DNA from: Vitrella brassicaformis CCMP3155
Taxonomy: Eukaryota; Protista; Chromerida
NCBI GenBank assembly: GCA_001179505.1
Contig: CDMY01000939.1
Location: forward strand, 1-9,690
DNA: 9,690 nt
Reading direction: 5' to 3'
In this document: in pieces, positions 8,517 to 9,690 of the stretch
Position numbering within the stretch: position 1 is the first letter of the stretch
Layout: the number at the start of each line of letters is the position of its first letter
Notes under the pieces: generated by a model
Told to the model about the DNA's origin: nothing
Databases searched by the model: none
The model's input: only the letters and a program-made list of their open reading frames with translations
Translations under genes and position numbers: made by a program

Positions 8517-9690
8517 TTGTTGCTGCTGCTGTTGCTGTTGTTGCTGCTGTTGTTGTTGTTGCTGCTGCTGTTGCTGTTGTTGCTGCTGTTGTTGTACTTG
8601 TCCGTCGAATACGAATTGCGCCACCGCCCCCAACGCCACGCGAGCCAGCTGAGTGGTCGCCGGGAAGCGGTGCTTGAACAGACCACTCCCACACACAGGC
8701 GCCTCAGTGGTCCTGATACGAACAGTCACTGCAGACAATAGGAGGAAAAGACGCGACATGTGTGACCAGCAGCACTCCCCCTCTCTCACGCTGACCGTCG
8801 AACGCCTGCCAGATGGAAATCCATCCGACGAAGGGGTGGCTCCCGTCGGTGAGCACCAGCCATCGCTCAATACCGAAGGTGATTGTGGTCGTGCAGCCGG
8901 CCACTGGTGTGTGGGGCGACTCGGTGAGGAGGTCATTCAGAAGGCCACCCTTGACATACCTGAACAGACAGACACCAACAAACGACTTGTGGTGTGCCCT
9001 CCCGACCCCCTTGATTCCGTTGGTGTGTTACCTCTCGAGTGTTGTCACTGTGTCATTGGTATTGTTCAATGAAACGTTGTAGTAGAAGTACTTGAGGATC
9101 TCATACTTGGCCCACGACGATACTGACGCATTGCAGCGCCCCGTGCCAGGAATCAACACCCATGTGGACGTGTAAAAGATGATGTTGTGTACCGGTGGGT
9201 CGTGTGGCTGCCGGTGTTGCTGGTACAGGTGGTCGGCAGGGAGGGGCGGGTCGACCTCCAGCTCGAAGCCGGGCTCGTCCTTGATGGCCCGCACCACACC
9301 GTTATCGTGTTGGAACAGCTGCAGGCAGGTGCCGTCACTGAAGTGGACGTGGCGGCCGACCATCTGGAGCTGCGCCAACACACGGGGAGCCGACACATAC
9401 GCCTACACACAGAACCGCACACAAACACACAAACACACAGACACACAGACAGAATGAGGCCTCCTCCGTCCCCTCGCCTCCCGGCCCCTCTGTTTGCCGG
9501 CTCACCGTTATGTTTGCGTGTGTGTTGATGTCAGCCCCACTGAGGGTCACAGGCAGCTCACAGTTGCCGCACTGCTCCCCCAGCTCAATCACCTCGCCCA
9601 CCTCGCCCCAGTCCCCTTCCTCCACCACACACACAGCCGCCAGCAGATCATGTTTGCCGAACTGGTCGTCGTCGAACCGCAGCAGCTGCA
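8231..9690 (-). CDS. Hypothetical protein of a chromerid/Vitrella-type expanded family with polyQ and Gly/Glu-rich tail; 5' end outside the window
   Basis: Exons >9690-9506, 9402-9032, 8959-8790, 8728-8468, 8389-8348 and 8268-8231 (TGA), all GT-AG and phase-consistent, giving 354 aa in the window. Motifs PRVLAQLQMVGRHV, RAIKDEPGF, PPLPADHLYQQHRQPHDPPV, LLTESPHTPVAGCTTT, LVLTDGSHPFVGWISI and FKHRFPATTQLARVAL are recalled from a Vitrella hypothetical family (not searched). The last two short exons are less certain. Confidence 0.85.
8281..8300. repeat. (AC)10 intronic microsatellite
   Basis: Seen directly, inside intron 8347-8269. Confidence 0.85.
8481..8594 (-). repeat. CAG/CAA polyglutamine tract (38 codons)
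   Basis: 114 nt of uninterrupted CAG/CAA codons on the - strand, in frame within exon 8728-8468. Confidence 0.95.

Noticed and set aside
8212-8741. Poly-Cys, poly-Leu, poly-Ala/Val and poly-Ser/Asn ORFs
   Set aside because: Alternative frames of the CAG/CAA tract. Only the Gln frame joins flanking exons in phase.

Overview
Intron-dense, GC-rich eukaryotic nuclear DNA with short (about 50-130 nt) GT-AG introns full of GT/CA/GA microsatellites. The style and gene families point to a chromerid alveolate such as Vitrella brassicaformis (inference, not searched). Five loci were reconstructed by hand. (1) About 394-1343 (+): a heavily deleted pepsin-family aspartic protease pseudogene whose remnants resemble plasmepsin VII. 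(2) 3531-1511 (-): a lineage-expanded hypothetical protein with an apparent 2-nt frameshift that a cryptic intron could bypass. (3) 5047-3688 (-): a MORN-repeat gene with an internally duplicated exon module and a TGA at a conserved Trp. Its last splice donor has no terminal exon of its own and can splice in frame into gene 2. (4) 5232-7344 (+): an intact 13-exon CFAP73/CCDC42 flagellar coiled-coil gene, head-to-head with the MORN gene 184 nt away, needing one GC-AG intron. (5) >9690-8231 (-): the 3' part of another lineage-expanded hypothetical protein with a 38-Gln tract. No RNA gene, CRISPR array or transposon is supported. I see no clear new biological system. The notable signals are gene decay, exon-module duplication and possible splice rescue or fusion in the left half.
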